DNA of 64,000 bases from Flavobacteriaceae bacterium (GCA_036478895.1 JAZGEV010000011.1:25836-89835); one strand, 5' to 3'. Shown: positions 47,646-57,161, counted from the first letter of the stretch. Translations and numbers: made by a program. The notes: generated from the letters alone by a model not told the origin.

Positions 47646-48293
47646 TTAAAACAATAAAGAACTATTATTAGGATTCATAAAATGCATATCAATATCTTCT
47701 AAATTATCTGAAAAAGAATTTAAATTATCTTTAGATTTTAATATAATATCAATGGCTTTAATAGCTTTTTTAAAACGTTTCTCTTTACTACCTTTTAAGA
47801 GAATATAATTTTTTTTATGCTCTTTTAAAGCTTTCTCAAAGGCTGTAAACATTTCTAAACGCATTTCGGGTCTGTCACGTAAATCATCAGCTTCCCAAGG
47901 TGTATCTATATAAGTTAATAAATACAAATCATACTCATTTTTTTTAGCTGCTTTATCTAATTTTGGATCAACAAAACCACCATAATATTCTTGCGAATAG
48001 ACTTTAGTTTCAAGCAAATCGGTATCACAAATAAGAATTTTATCGGCTTTTTTAGCCAAATCATTTTCCAGTTTCATTTGTCCAATAGCAATTGGAATTA
48101 AATCGGAATTTTCACATGTTTTACGCGTATTATTCCATTTGTTTTGTAAATAGTCACGTGCAAATTCTGGTGCCCATACCGTATTATAATGACGTGCTAG
48201 TTGTGTTGAAAGTGTTGTTTTTCCAGTAGATTCTGGTCCAAATAATACAACTTTTATAATATTAACTTTTTCTTGTCTAAGATTTTTTTCCAT
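47646..48293 (-). CDS. AAA-type ATPase, NadR C-terminal-like ribosylnicotinamide kinase
   Basis: P-loop VVLFGPESTGKTTL and FAREYL-like APEFARDYL. Immediately downstream of pnuC, overlapping it by 40 bp. Confidence 0.75.
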   Translation of the reverse strand: MEKNLRQEKVNIIKVVLFGPESTGKTTLSTQLARHYNTVWAPEFARDYLQNKWNNTRKTCENSDLIPIAIGQMKLENDLAKKADKILICDTDLLETKVYSQEYYGGFVDPKLDKAAKKNEYDLYLLTYIDTPWEADDLRDRPEMRLEMFTAFEKALKEHKKNYILLKGSKEKRFKKAIKAIDIILKSKDNLNSFSDNLEDIDMHFMNPNNSSLLF

Positions 48294-48967
48294 TGCTGAT
48301 AACCTAAAATTGCTAAAATTAAAAATACACTATATTGAATGCCTGTAAAACCATATCCTTTTACAAAGTATAAAGGTATGGAAACAATATTTGTCACAAT
48401 CCAAAAAGTCCAATTTTCTATTTTTTTAACTGCCATAAGCCACATTGCTACAAAAGCAGCTGCAGTTGTAAAGGTATCTAAAAAAGGGACTGCCATTCTA
48501 AATTTTTCCAAACTTCCCGATGTTAAATTACTATAAGCGTAATGTATACTTTCGGTAAAATTTAAGTTATTAGGCATAATATTATAATAACGATAAATAA
48601 AAATTACGAAAACTGCTGCTGCTATAAAAATACCAAAAGCACTAATTTTTTCTTTATTAGTGGTTCTTGTAATTGCGGTGTGTTCATCATTATCTTTATG
48701 TATTATTTTTTGCCACATATACCATCCAAACACACTCATTATGGTATAATAAATATTGATGATTAAATCGCCATACAAACTCCATTGCGATAATAAATAA
48801 ATATAAATTCCTGTACTTATTATACCTGTAGGAAAAACCAAAACGTTTTCTTTTTTAGCAAATAAAACACTTGCAATACCAAAAGTAGCTGCAATTATTT
48901 CTAAAATAATATTAAGTGTAGATGCTGTTTTATAAGGTTCTAAAAAGAAATTTACTAACTCATTCAT
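48254..48967 (-). CDS. pnuC: Nicotinamide riboside transporter PnuC
   Basis: Multi-TM with FGIASVLFAKKENVLVFPTGI, NIYYTIMSVFGWYMW and WIVTNIVSIPLY motifs. Confidence 0.85.
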   Translation of the reverse strand: MNELVNFFLEPYKTASTLNIILEIIAATFGIASVLFAKKENVLVFPTGIISTGIYIYLLSQWSLYGDLIINIYYTIMSVFGWYMWQKIIHKDNDEHTAITRTTNKEKISAFGIFIAAAVFVIFIYRYYNIMPNNLNFTESIHYAYSNLTSGSLEKFRMAVPFLDTFTTAAAFVAMWLMAVKKIENWTFWIVTNIVSIPLYFVKGYGFTGIQYSVFLILAILGYQQWKKILDKKKLIL

Positions 48968-49085
48968 TGGTCAAAGATAATGGAATTTCTTTCATTAATA
49001 TCAACTATTTATATAAGTCTAAAGAAGCTCATACTTTATTTAAAAAATACTTTCCTTTTTAAATAATTTGTAATTAAAAATAAAT

Positions 49086-49111
49086 GTCATTCCTGCGAAA
49101 GCAGGAATGAC
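49086..49111. repeat. Perfect REP-like hairpin GTCATTCCTGC-GAAA-GCAGGAATGAC
   Basis: 11-bp stem with a GAAA loop. Nested inside the outer 10-bp inverted repeat CTCATACTTT (49028-49037) / AAAGTATGAG (49122-49131). Confidence 0.85.
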
Positions 49112-49150
49112 TGTAAAAATAAAAGTATGAGTTTTACCCTAAAACAAGTC

Positions 49151-50068
49151 TTAATTTTTTTCACTTAATTCCTTCACTTTTTCTGCCCAATTTGTTAAGA
49201 TCTTTTTTTGTACTTCATAATCATCTAAATAAGGTCCAAAAACCATTTTAACTGTTGTTTTGGTTGCTTCCTTATTTTCCATTAAAATCAATTTTTCAAC
49301 ATAGTGATGATGCTCTTTTTCAAAATCAATTTGAATGTATTTAAAACCAAAATGATCTTGTGCAAATTCTGAGGTTATTTTCCCAGCTTTTAGATATTTA
49401 AAATTAAATTTATCTGATGTATTAAAATTCATTTCTAATTTGTTTTCGGGATTATAAACGGGTACCAGATCTATTAAATATTCTGGTTTAGTTAGTACTT
49501 TCCAAATTGTTTCAGACTTAGCATTAATATTAATATCAAAAGCAACAAAGCGCCCATTTTCTATGTTTTTTATCTCTTTATCAGACATAAATTTCACCTC
49601 ATCAAACCAAGCACTACCATTTCCACCATTTAAATATCTAAAACCTACAATAGAGTCATTATCAACATTAAGTGCTTGTATGACTATTACAACTTCTTCT
49701 TTTTTAGTATTTTGACTATAATAACGAGCAAGTTTTGGCATTTTAATAGCTAAAGGTTTTGCATTTGGATACGCTTCTTTATCCACAAAAATTAAGGACG
49801 TTCCGTTTTGCGTTTCTTTTTTAGTTGCCATTCTACCATTTACAACAGGTACATTTCCCCAATTTTTTATATCTACTGCTGGAAATCCTCTTAAATTATC
49901 TGGACAATACCAACCACCATATCTGTGATTTTCTCTTTGCGTTACAGTCACTATTTTTTTAGATATTTCTGTTGCCTTTTTATCTTGAGATTTCTTAATA
50001 ATTTTGTTATTTTTTGTACAAGAAAGTAGTGTAACAAGACTTAATAATAGTATAATTTTATATTTCAT
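49151..50068 (-). CDS. Lipoprotein, function unknown (possible SRPBCC-like C-terminal domain)
   Basis: Lipobox LLSCTK. The C-terminal ETIWKVLTKPEYLIDLVP resembles START/AHSA1-type domains, but the match is weak. Confidence 0.4.
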   Translation of the reverse strand: MKYKIILLLSLVTLLSCTKNNKIIKKSQDKKATEISKKIVTVTQRENHRYGGWYCPDNLRGFPAVDIKNWGNVPVVNGRMATKKETQNGTSLIFVDKEAYPNAKPLAIKMPKLARYYSQNTKKEEVVIVIQALNVDNDSIVGFRYLNGGNGSAWFDEVKFMSDKEIKNIENGRFVAFDININAKSETIWKVLTKPEYLIDLVPVYNPENKLEMNFNTSDKFNFKYLKAGKITSEFAQDHFGFKYIQIDFEKEHHHYVEKLILMENKEATKTTVKMVFGPYLDDYEVQKKILTNWAEKVKELSEKN

Positions 50069-50079
50069 AATTGTTTTTT

Positions 50080-52068
50080 TTAATATTCAGAATAAGGATT
50101 TTGAAGTGTTATTTTATTTAATGTTTGCCATATATCATCACTAAATTCTTTTGGAGAAAATCTAAAAAGTATGGTGGTTTTATGGTTGTAATTATTTTGA
50201 AGTTGCTCTATAGAAACGTTTAATTTTAATGGTTTTTTAGTAATAAAAGAATCGTATATTTTTAAATTCCCTAAAAATTTTGAATGCCCTTTTACTTTAT
50301 TAAGAGTTACAATTGTTTTGGGTAAAAGTTTTCCCTTTTCTTTATTTACAGATTGTAATAAACCATCAAAATAGGTTTGTAAATCTGTTGTTAATTGTTT
50401 ATTAGATAATGTAAAATTTTCATCTATTTGCCATACAAAAGCATAAGACCAAAATTCTGGACCATCTTCTTTACGCCAACCTTTTGGGAAATGAGCTTCT
50501 TCAAAACCTGTATAACTAATCTCTTTTGCAAACCTAATAGGAAATGTAAATACTTCTTTTCCCCAATTTTCGGTTTTAAGAATAGATATTTCTTTAAATT
50601 CCTTTCCTGTTAATTTTTTAAGCATTTTTCTTGCATTATCATTTCTTGTATTTAACAGTAATGATTTTTTATAATTTTTTATAGCTGCTGTATTTTTTCC
50701 AAGTTTCATTAATGCTTCTGCATAACTATCATATGAATTATCTTTATACGGAAAAACTTCAGTACTTAATTTAAAAACTTTAGCAGCATCATTAACCTTT
50801 CCTGAATGTAATAATTTATAGCCTTCAATGACCAATTCTTTTTCAGATATATAATAATCATCTAAGTCTTTATGCTTTTTGTAAAATTCAATTCCCTTTT
50901 CAATTCCTTTTTTTTCTATGGTTTCCATCATAAATTTTGCTAATGGTTTTAATGGAAAATCATACGATTTATCATTTAAAATAGCTGTAATTCCTTTTGT
51001 TATTCCATTAAGAAATGTACGGCTAGTATTATTTAATAAAATAATAGCCGCGTTATTTGATTGTATTTTTGTGTATAAAGCACGATAACCAGAAATTCTA
51101 CCAGAATGACCAACTGTTTCAATTTTTTCTCCTGTATTTCCAATTGATTTTTCTTTAAATTCCCAACCATAACCATAATATCCACCTTCTTCAGAATCTG
51201 CAATATGCTTTTCAAAAATCATATCCAAATATTTTTTTGGTAATAAGGTTTCTGTATTTAAAGCTTCGTTCCAAAGGAACATATCTTCAACGGTTGAATA
51301 AATTCCACCAGCTGCATAGGCTGTTGATTCGTCTGAATAATCTATATTAAAATATTTTCCCCAGTTTTTATTATAGCCCGAAGACATCTTTTTTATTAAT
51401 GGCCTGTGTTTATAAAACCCAGAATTTTTCATGTGTAAAGGCGTAAAAATCTTATCTTTTAAAACCTCTGCATATGTTTTTTTAGTTATAGTTTCAATGA
51501 GGTAACCTAAAAGTATGTAGCCAGAATTACTATATAAAAAGCGTTCTCCAGGTATAAATTTTAACGGCGCATCTGCAAATTGATTTACCATGTCTTTTGG
51601 CTTACTGTATTTTTTTTTATCCTTTGTGCTACGTCCTAAACCTGAGGAATGTGTAAGTAGATGATGAATTGTTATCTTTCCGCCATTTTCTTTTGGATAG
51701 TTTGGTAAATAAGTTGAAATAGGTTTATGTAAATCTAACTTATTTTCAGCAACCAATTGCATAATTAATAGTGCAGTAAATTGCTTTGTTATAGAAGCAA
51801 TCATAAATTTTGTGTCGGTTTGGTTTGAAATTTCCCATTCCATATTAGCTAATCCGAGACCTTTCTTATAAATAACTTTTCCATTATGTGCAACTAACAC
51901 AGCACCATTAAAACCGCCATAATCTGAATATAAATTTACAAGTTCATCTATTTTTTCAGATTTAGATGGTGTTTTTTGTCCACTAGCACAAGAGCTGTTT
52001 AATGTAATAATAAACAGTAGAAGTGTGTAAATAAAAATGACTTTAATATGTTCTATTGTGTTTAACAT
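50080..52068 (-). CDS. Serine hydrolase (class C beta-lactamase / PBP-like fold) with C-terminal TPR-like and extra domain
   Basis: SxxK ASITKQ, YxN YSNSGY and the HSG triad. The TPR-like segment reads DSYAEALMKLGKNTAAIKNYKKSL. Confidence 0.8.
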   Translation of the reverse strand: MLNTIEHIKVIFIYTLLLFIITLNSSCASGQKTPSKSEKIDELVNLYSDYGGFNGAVLVAHNGKVIYKKGLGLANMEWEISNQTDTKFMIASITKQFTALLIMQLVAENKLDLHKPISTYLPNYPKENGGKITIHHLLTHSSGLGRSTKDKKKYSKPKDMVNQFADAPLKFIPGERFLYSNSGYILLGYLIETITKKTYAEVLKDKIFTPLHMKNSGFYKHRPLIKKMSSGYNKNWGKYFNIDYSDESTAYAAGGIYSTVEDMFLWNEALNTETLLPKKYLDMIFEKHIADSEEGGYYGYGWEFKEKSIGNTGEKIETVGHSGRISGYRALYTKIQSNNAAIILLNNTSRTFLNGITKGITAILNDKSYDFPLKPLAKFMMETIEKKGIEKGIEFYKKHKDLDDYYISEKELVIEGYKLLHSGKVNDAAKVFKLSTEVFPYKDNSYDSYAEALMKLGKNTAAIKNYKKSLLLNTRNDNARKMLKKLTGKEFKEISILKTENWGKEVFTFPIRFAKEISYTGFEEAHFPKGWRKEDGPEFWSYAFVWQIDENFTLSNKQLTTDLQTYFDGLLQSVNKEKGKLLPKTIVTLNKVKGHSKFLGNLKIYDSFITKKPLKLNVSIEQLQNNYNHKTTILFRFSPKEFSDDIWQTLNKITLQNPYSEY

Positions 52069-52598
52069 TTAGCTTCTGTAACAATCATTTTACCATTTTT
52101 AAAAGTAATCATAAACGGAATTTGTTCCATAGTACATCGTGGCTCTATAACAAACTGAATTCTACCCATAACAAAAAACTCATCTGTAGTTTTTAAATTT
52201 AATTCCTGTGTAAAAATTGCATTTTCAAACACATTATTTTCTGGATCTTCAACATTAGGAAACGGATCTGTTGTACTTTTTTCTAATTTATTTTCTTGTA
52301 ACTCTCCTTTAAAAGAAACATCTTTATAACTACCAAAATCCGTATAAAACTTTCCTTTATAGTCTTTTTTTGTATTTGGAGAAACATAATAACCGCCGTT
52401 TTTTAAATCTACAGAAATGACCAAATTAAAGATATTATCTTCTGTTTTTTTGACTTCAATTTTTAGATTGTATAGCGAATCTGTAATGATTAATGCGTTG
52501 TTCTCTTTTATATTTATTTGCTGTGAAGAATCATTTAAATATTCAACACCTATATTAAAGGCTAAAAATGTTATAAATAAAGCGATGTATTTTGTCAT
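52062..52598 (-). CDS. Secreted protein, function unknown
   Basis: Signal peptide, 178 aa. Overlaps the serine hydrolase gene start by 7 bp. Confidence 0.4.
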   Translation of the reverse strand: MTKYIALFITFLAFNIGVEYLNDSSQQINIKENNALIITDSLYNLKIEVKKTEDNIFNLVISVDLKNGGYYVSPNTKKDYKGKFYTDFGSYKDVSFKGELQENKLEKSTTDPFPNVEDPENNVFENAIFTQELNLKTTDEFFVMGRIQFVIEPRCTMEQIPFMITFKNGKMIVTEAKC

Positions 52599-52650
52599 AA
52601 TATTATTTTTTTGATTTTCTATTTTTTAAGAAACGGATTATTAATTTGAT

Positions 52651-52719
52651 TGTAAAACTAGTAAAATCAAGTACTGCAATTGTAAAAATAATGTAAAATA
52701 AATGTCAATAGTTGTAAAA
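52651..52719 (+). promoter_or_regulatory. Five same-strand (T/A)GTAAAA direct repeats at helically phased spacing
   Basis: TGTAAAA at 52651, 52681, 52692 and 52713, and AGTAAAA at 52660. Offsets are 9, 21, 11 and 21 bp. Confidence 0.55.
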
Positions 52720-52733
52720 TGTTATATAATTGT

Positions 52734-52746
52734 CTGTAATTTACAG
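52734..52746. promoter_or_regulatory. Palindrome CTGTAA-T-TTACAG immediately upstream of the regulator start codon
   Basis: Perfect 6+1+6 palindrome, 5 nt before the ATG at 52752. Confidence 0.3.
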
Positions 52747-52751
52747 CAATT

Positions 52752-53609
52752 ATGAATAAAAAAACTATTTTAATACTAATAGCTATAAATTTTATAGCTT
52801 ATTTTATTTTTTCCTTTTCGGATGCCGATGAAAAACAACAGGATTTTACGAGCACTGTTAAAGTATCTCTGCGCGATGTTGGTAATCAATTATTATTATC
52901 TAACAAAGATTCCACATCATTAGTAATGCCTGTATTATTACTCAATAATAACACATACGAACTGGCGTTTCAAAATAAACTTGCTATAGAACCTAATAAT
53001 TTGGTTGCTATGATAAAAAAAAGTTTAAAAAAAGCAGGCCTTCCAGATAATTATTTGGTTGAGGTTACCCAATGTAAAGATAAAGAAGTTGCCTATAGCT
53101 TTGTTATGAACAATACCGTAGATACTAGTATAATTCCTTGTAAAGGACGCATATTACCCAAAAGTTGTTACGTTGTTACCGTAAAATTTATAGAAAAACC
53201 AGTATCAAATAATAATAAATATTATTTATTATTATTTAGTTTAAGTACTTTAGCGCTCTTTTTTTTAATATTAAGAAAAAAGAAAGATACCATAATAGAA
53301 GACAATAAAGCACCATACACTGCTATTGGAAATTATAAATTTTATGAAGATGAAAATAAATTAATTTTTAAATCAAAAGACATTAAGTTATCAAAAAAAG
53401 AAAGTGAACTGTTATCGATTTTTATTACTCACAAAAACAAAATCATTAAACGAGACGATTTAATGAAACAAGTTTGGGAAGATCAAGGTGTTTTTGTTGG
53501 GAGAAGTTTAGATACCTATATTTCTAAACTTAGAAAAATTCTAAAAGACGATACTTCTATTAAATTAACCAATGTGCATGGCGTTGGTTATAAATTGGAA
53601 GTTAAATAG
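52752..53609 (+). CDS. Membrane-anchored winged-helix (OmpR/PhoB C-terminal type, ToxR-like) transcriptional regulator
   Basis: Two TM segments flank a roughly 135-aa extracytoplasmic domain. C-terminus reads LSKKESELLSIF...RDDLMKQVW...GRSLDTYISKLRKIL...VHGVGYKLEV. No receiver domain. Confidence 0.75.
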   Translation: MNKKTILILIAINFIAYFIFSFSDADEKQQDFTSTVKVSLRDVGNQLLLSNKDSTSLVMPVLLLNNNTYELAFQNKLAIEPNNLVAMIKKSLKKAGLPDNYLVEVTQCKDKEVAYSFVMNNTVDTSIIPCKGRILPKSCYVVTVKFIEKPVSNNNKYYLLLFSLSTLALFFLILRKKKDTIIEDNKAPYTAIGNYKFYEDENKLIFKSKDIKLSKKESELLSIFITHKNKIIKRDDLMKQVWEDQGVFVGRSLDTYISKLRKILKDDTSIKLTNVHGVGYKLEVK

Positions 53610-53676
53610 TAACTTATATTACAATAAAAGACAATTAAATCCTCTATTTTTGTATATCAATTTTAAACCTATAAAA

Positions 53677-54015
53677 ATGCACTACACAAATATATTAAAA
53701 GACCTTAATTACAACGATGATAAAGTAGCTATTTCGGTACTTTTTGAAACAGAAACTACTAAAGAAATTCGTATTTTATTCAAAAAAGGACAAGTAATGA
53801 AAAAACATCAAACATCTTTTCCTATTACTGTAACTATGGTAAAAGGCAACTTAGATTTTGGTGTAAACAATAAAATCCACACCTTAGTAAAAGGCGATAT
53901 TGTTTCTTTGGATGCTAGTATGCCTCACGATTTAAAAGCGAATAAAAAATCGATTGTACGTTTAACTTTAAGTAAACAAGATTCTGTGGAACGTGTTAGA
54001 AAAGTGAAGAATTAG
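53677..54015 (+). CDS. Cupin domain protein
   Basis: Start moved to MHYTNILKD. The KHQTSFPITVTMVKGNLDF...GDIVSLDASMPHDLKA pattern is cupin-like. Confidence 0.65.
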   Translation: MHYTNILKDLNYNDDKVAISVLFETETTKEIRILFKKGQVMKKHQTSFPITVTMVKGNLDFGVNNKIHTLVKGDIVSLDASMPHDLKANKKSIVRLTLSKQDSVERVRKVKN

Positions 54016-54017
54016 AC

Positions 54018-54046
54018 TTGATTATTAAAAAATTATTATATATTTG
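54018..54046 (+). promoter_or_regulatory. Bacteroidota-type promoter (TTG-N18-TATATTTG) for the trp leader/trpB transcript
   Basis: -33 TTG at 54018-54020 and a -7 TAnnTTTG match at 54039-54046. Confidence 0.55.
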
Positions 54047-54064
54047 AATTCAATTAAGCATATA

Positions 54065-54124
54065 ATGTACACAACTCAAAATACAAATTGGTGGCAAACA
54101 GTAAATTTCTTTAGGGAGACTTAA
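54065..54124 (+). CDS. Trp leader peptide (19 aa, tandem Trp codons)
   Basis: ATG TAC ACA ACT CAA AAT ACA AAT TGG TGG CAA ACA GTA AAT TTC TTT AGG GAG ACT TAA encodes MYTTQNTNWWQTVNFFRET. Followed by an intrinsic terminator before trpB. Confidence 0.7.
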   Translation: MYTTQNTNWWQTVNFFRET

Positions 54125-54157
54125 CTGCTTGTATCATTAATTTATAAATATAAACAG

Positions 54158-54184
54158 CCGTAGGTTTTCCCTACGGTTTTTTTT
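54158..54184 (+). terminator. Attenuator (intrinsic terminator) between the leader peptide and trpB
   Basis: CCGTAGG-ttttc-CCTACGG followed by T8, 45 nt upstream of the trpB ATG. Confidence 0.75.
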
Positions 54185-54228
54185 ATGCCCAATTTTTAAG
54201 AATATTAACCCATTTAAAACAAAAAACA

Positions 54229-55401
54229 ATGGAAACACAAACAAAAAACAAAGAAACAGAACAAAAAACAGGCTATTTTGGCGAATATGGCGGACAATTT
54301 GTTCCACCACATTTAGCAGAAAAATTAAATAACCTATATGATAATTTTTTAAAATTTAAAGACGATCCTACCTTTAAAGGCGAATTTAAATCGTTATTAC
54401 AAACCTATGTTGGACGACCTTCACCTTTATTTAAAGCAGAAAATTTATCAAAAATAATTGGCAGTACAATCTATTTAAAACGAGAAGATTTAAATCATAC
54501 AGGTTCGCATAAAATTAATAATACCATTGGTCAAATTTTATTAGCAAAGCGTATGGGAGCAACAGAAATTATTGCCGAAACTGGCGCAGGACAACATGGT
54601 GTTGCAACAGCAACTGCAGCTGCTTTAATGGGTATAAAATGTAAAATTTTTATGGGAAAAGTAGATTCCCAACGTCAAAAAATGAATGTAGAACGTATGT
54701 TGGTTCTTGGCGCTGAGGTTATTGAAGCAACTGCAGGAAATGCAACTTTAAAAGATGCCGTAGATGCTGCATTGGGTTATTATATAGAAAATCCCGATTC
54801 TTTTTATCTGTTAGGTTCTGCTGTTGGACCACATCCATATCCAACAATTGTGCGTTATTTTCAATCGGTTATTGGAGAAGAAATGAAAAAACAAATTGTA
54901 GAAATTGAAGGCAAACTTCCCGATGCTATTGTTGCTTGTATTGGTGGTGGATCTAACGCAATTGGTGCTTTTAGCCATTTTATTAATGATGATGTTGTAT
55001 TATATGGCGCAGAAGGCGCAGGAAAATCTATGGAATTGGGCGAAACAGCTGCAACTTTAACATTAGGGAAAGATTTGGTTTTTCAAGGCGCATTTTCAAA
55101 ATGTTTGGTGGATGCAAGTAATGAACCATTGGCGTCAAAAAGTATTGCTGCAGGTTTAGATTATCCAGGAATAGGACCAGAACATGCACATCTTAAAATG
55201 ATAGATAGAGTTTCATATCATCCCATTACCGATGATGAAGCTGTAGCAGCATATCGATTATTATCAGTTAAAGAAGGGATTATTCCTGCAATAGAATCGG
55301 CTCATGCGGTTGCTTTAACGACCAAATTATTTAAAGATAAAAATAAGTTGGTTGTCATAAATTTATCTGGTAGAGGAGATAAAGATGTGAGTAGGTTGTG
55401 A
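54229..55401 (+). CDS. trpB: Tryptophan synthase beta chain (stand-alone)
   Basis: GYFGEYGGQFVPP, REDLNHTGSHKINN (PLP lysine), GAGQHGVATA and the GGGSNAIG motifs. No trpA adjacent. Confidence 0.95.
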   Translation: METQTKNKETEQKTGYFGEYGGQFVPPHLAEKLNNLYDNFLKFKDDPTFKGEFKSLLQTYVGRPSPLFKAENLSKIIGSTIYLKREDLNHTGSHKINNTIGQILLAKRMGATEIIAETGAGQHGVATATAAALMGIKCKIFMGKVDSQRQKMNVERMLVLGAEVIEATAGNATLKDAVDAALGYYIENPDSFYLLGSAVGPHPYPTIVRYFQSVIGEEMKKQIVEIEGKLPDAIVACIGGGSNAIGAFSHFINDDVVLYGAEGAGKSMELGETAATLTLGKDLVFQGAFSKCLVDASNEPLASKSIAAGLDYPGIGPEHAHLKMIDRVSYHPITDDEAVAAYRLLSVKEGIIPAIESAHAVALTTKLFKDKNKLVVINLSGRGDKDVSRL

Positions 55402-55555
55402 ATAAAACAGTTTAATTCAAAAAGTTAATATCCGTAAAGAATAGATTATTTTTTTATGGATTTTTTTATTTTAAACTACTTTTTTAATATCAACTTTTAA
55501 AATAGTACTCTGTGTTTCTTTGTGCATCTCTGTGAAATAATCTTATTTTTGCAAC

Positions 55556-57112
55556 ATGGTAAAAGAAATTCAAATAAGAATAAACTTACACGAAGAAGGA
55601 AAAGATAATATCTTAAAACGAAAAGCTGCTTATTTATTGGATGTTGATATTAATGATATTACTGCCATAAAAGTTTTACGAAAATCGATTGATGCACGTA
55701 AAGCCGACATAAAATTTAACTATAAAATGGCTGTTTATATCAAGGAATCTATTCCCGAAACATCGGATTATAAGTTTGATTATAAAGACGTTTCTAAAGC
55801 AAAAGAAATTCATATAATTGGTTTTGGTCCTGCTGGAATGTATGCTGCATTACGTTGCATTGAATTAGGTTATAAACCAATAGTTCTGGAACGTGGGAAG
55901 AATGTACAAGATCGCCGTAGGGATTTAAAAGCAATAAACCAAGAGCATCATGTGGATTCAGATTCTAATTATTGTTTTGGCGAAGGTGGCGCCGGAACCT
56001 ATTCCGACGGAAAATTATACACGCGTTCTTTAAAACGTGGCGATGTACGACGTATTTTTGAAAACTTAGTTTTTCACGGTGCAACCGAACAAATATTAAT
56101 TGATGCACATCCACATATTGGTACCAATAAATTACCCAAAGTAGTTACAAATATTAGAGAAACGATTTTAAAATTTGGTGGCGAAATTCATTTTGAATCT
56201 CGTGTCGTTGATTTTAAAATTAAAAATAATAAAATACAAGCCATTCAGCTTAAAAATGGCAATGAAATGTCAGTAAAAGTTGTAATTTTAGCAACAGGTC
56301 ATTCGGCTAGAGATATTTACGAATTATTACATAAAAAAGACATCGCTTTAAAAGCAAAATCGTTTGCAATGGGCGTAAGAGTAGAACATCCGCAACAAAT
56401 TATAGATGGTATTCAATATCATTGTTCTGGTAAACGAAGCGATTTATTACCTGCAGCAAGTTATAGTTTGGTACAACAAGTTTCGGGTAGAGGCGTGTAT
56501 TCATTTTGTATGTGTCCTGGCGGATTTATTGTGCCGGCAGCAACAGCAAATGGTGAAATTGTAGTGAATGGTATGTCACCGTCAAAACGGAATAATTTGT
56601 TTGCAAATTCAGGCATTGTAGTAGAAATTAATGCTGATGAAGATTTAAAAAAATACGCGCAATTTGGTGTTTTAAAAGGCTTGGAATTTCAAAAAGATTT
56701 AGAAAAACTAGCTTGGCAAGCTGGCGGAAGAACCCAAGCTGCACCAGCCCAAAGATTAACAGATTTTGTAGAAGGAAAGTTATCTAACGACTTAAATTTA
56801 ACGTCTTATCAGCCAGGTTTAAAATCGGCACCATTACATTCCTTATTACCAAAAATAATTGGCGGTAGATTAAGAAAAGGATTCAAAGCATTTGGTCAAA
56901 AAATGAACGGTTTTTATACCGATGAAGCCAACGTAATTGGTGTGGAATCCAGAACTTCCTCACCAGTTAATATTCCAAGACAAGATAACCTATCGCATCC
57001 TCAAATAGAAGGCCTTTTTCCGTGTGGCGAAGGTGGCGGATATGCAGGTGGCATAATTTCTGCAGCTATGGATGGTGAACGCTGTGCAGAAGCGGCTGTT
57101 AAATTAATGTAA
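55556..57112 (+). CDS. FAD-dependent oxidoreductase (COG2509-like)
   Basis: IIGFGPAGMYAAL dinucleotide fold, GEGGAGTYSDGKL and C-terminal GEGGGYAGGIISAAMDG. Confidence 0.8.
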   Translation: MVKEIQIRINLHEEGKDNILKRKAAYLLDVDINDITAIKVLRKSIDARKADIKFNYKMAVYIKESIPETSDYKFDYKDVSKAKEIHIIGFGPAGMYAALRCIELGYKPIVLERGKNVQDRRRDLKAINQEHHVDSDSNYCFGEGGAGTYSDGKLYTRSLKRGDVRRIFENLVFHGATEQILIDAHPHIGTNKLPKVVTNIRETILKFGGEIHFESRVVDFKIKNNKIQAIQLKNGNEMSVKVVILATGHSARDIYELLHKKDIALKAKSFAMGVRVEHPQQIIDGIQYHCSGKRSDLLPAASYSLVQQVSGRGVYSFCMCPGGFIVPAATANGEIVVNGMSPSKRNNLFANSGIVVEINADEDLKKYAQFGVLKGLEFQKDLEKLAWQAGGRTQAAPAQRLTDFVEGKLSNDLNLTSYQPGLKSAPLHSLLPKIIGGRLRKGFKAFGQKMNGFYTDEANVIGVESRTSSPVNIPRQDNLSHPQIEGLFPCGEGGGYAGGIISAAMDGERCAEAAVKLM

Positions 57113-57161
57113 ACCAAAAATAAATTTCCTAATAAACCTAATAAAGGAAACCCTAAAATAA

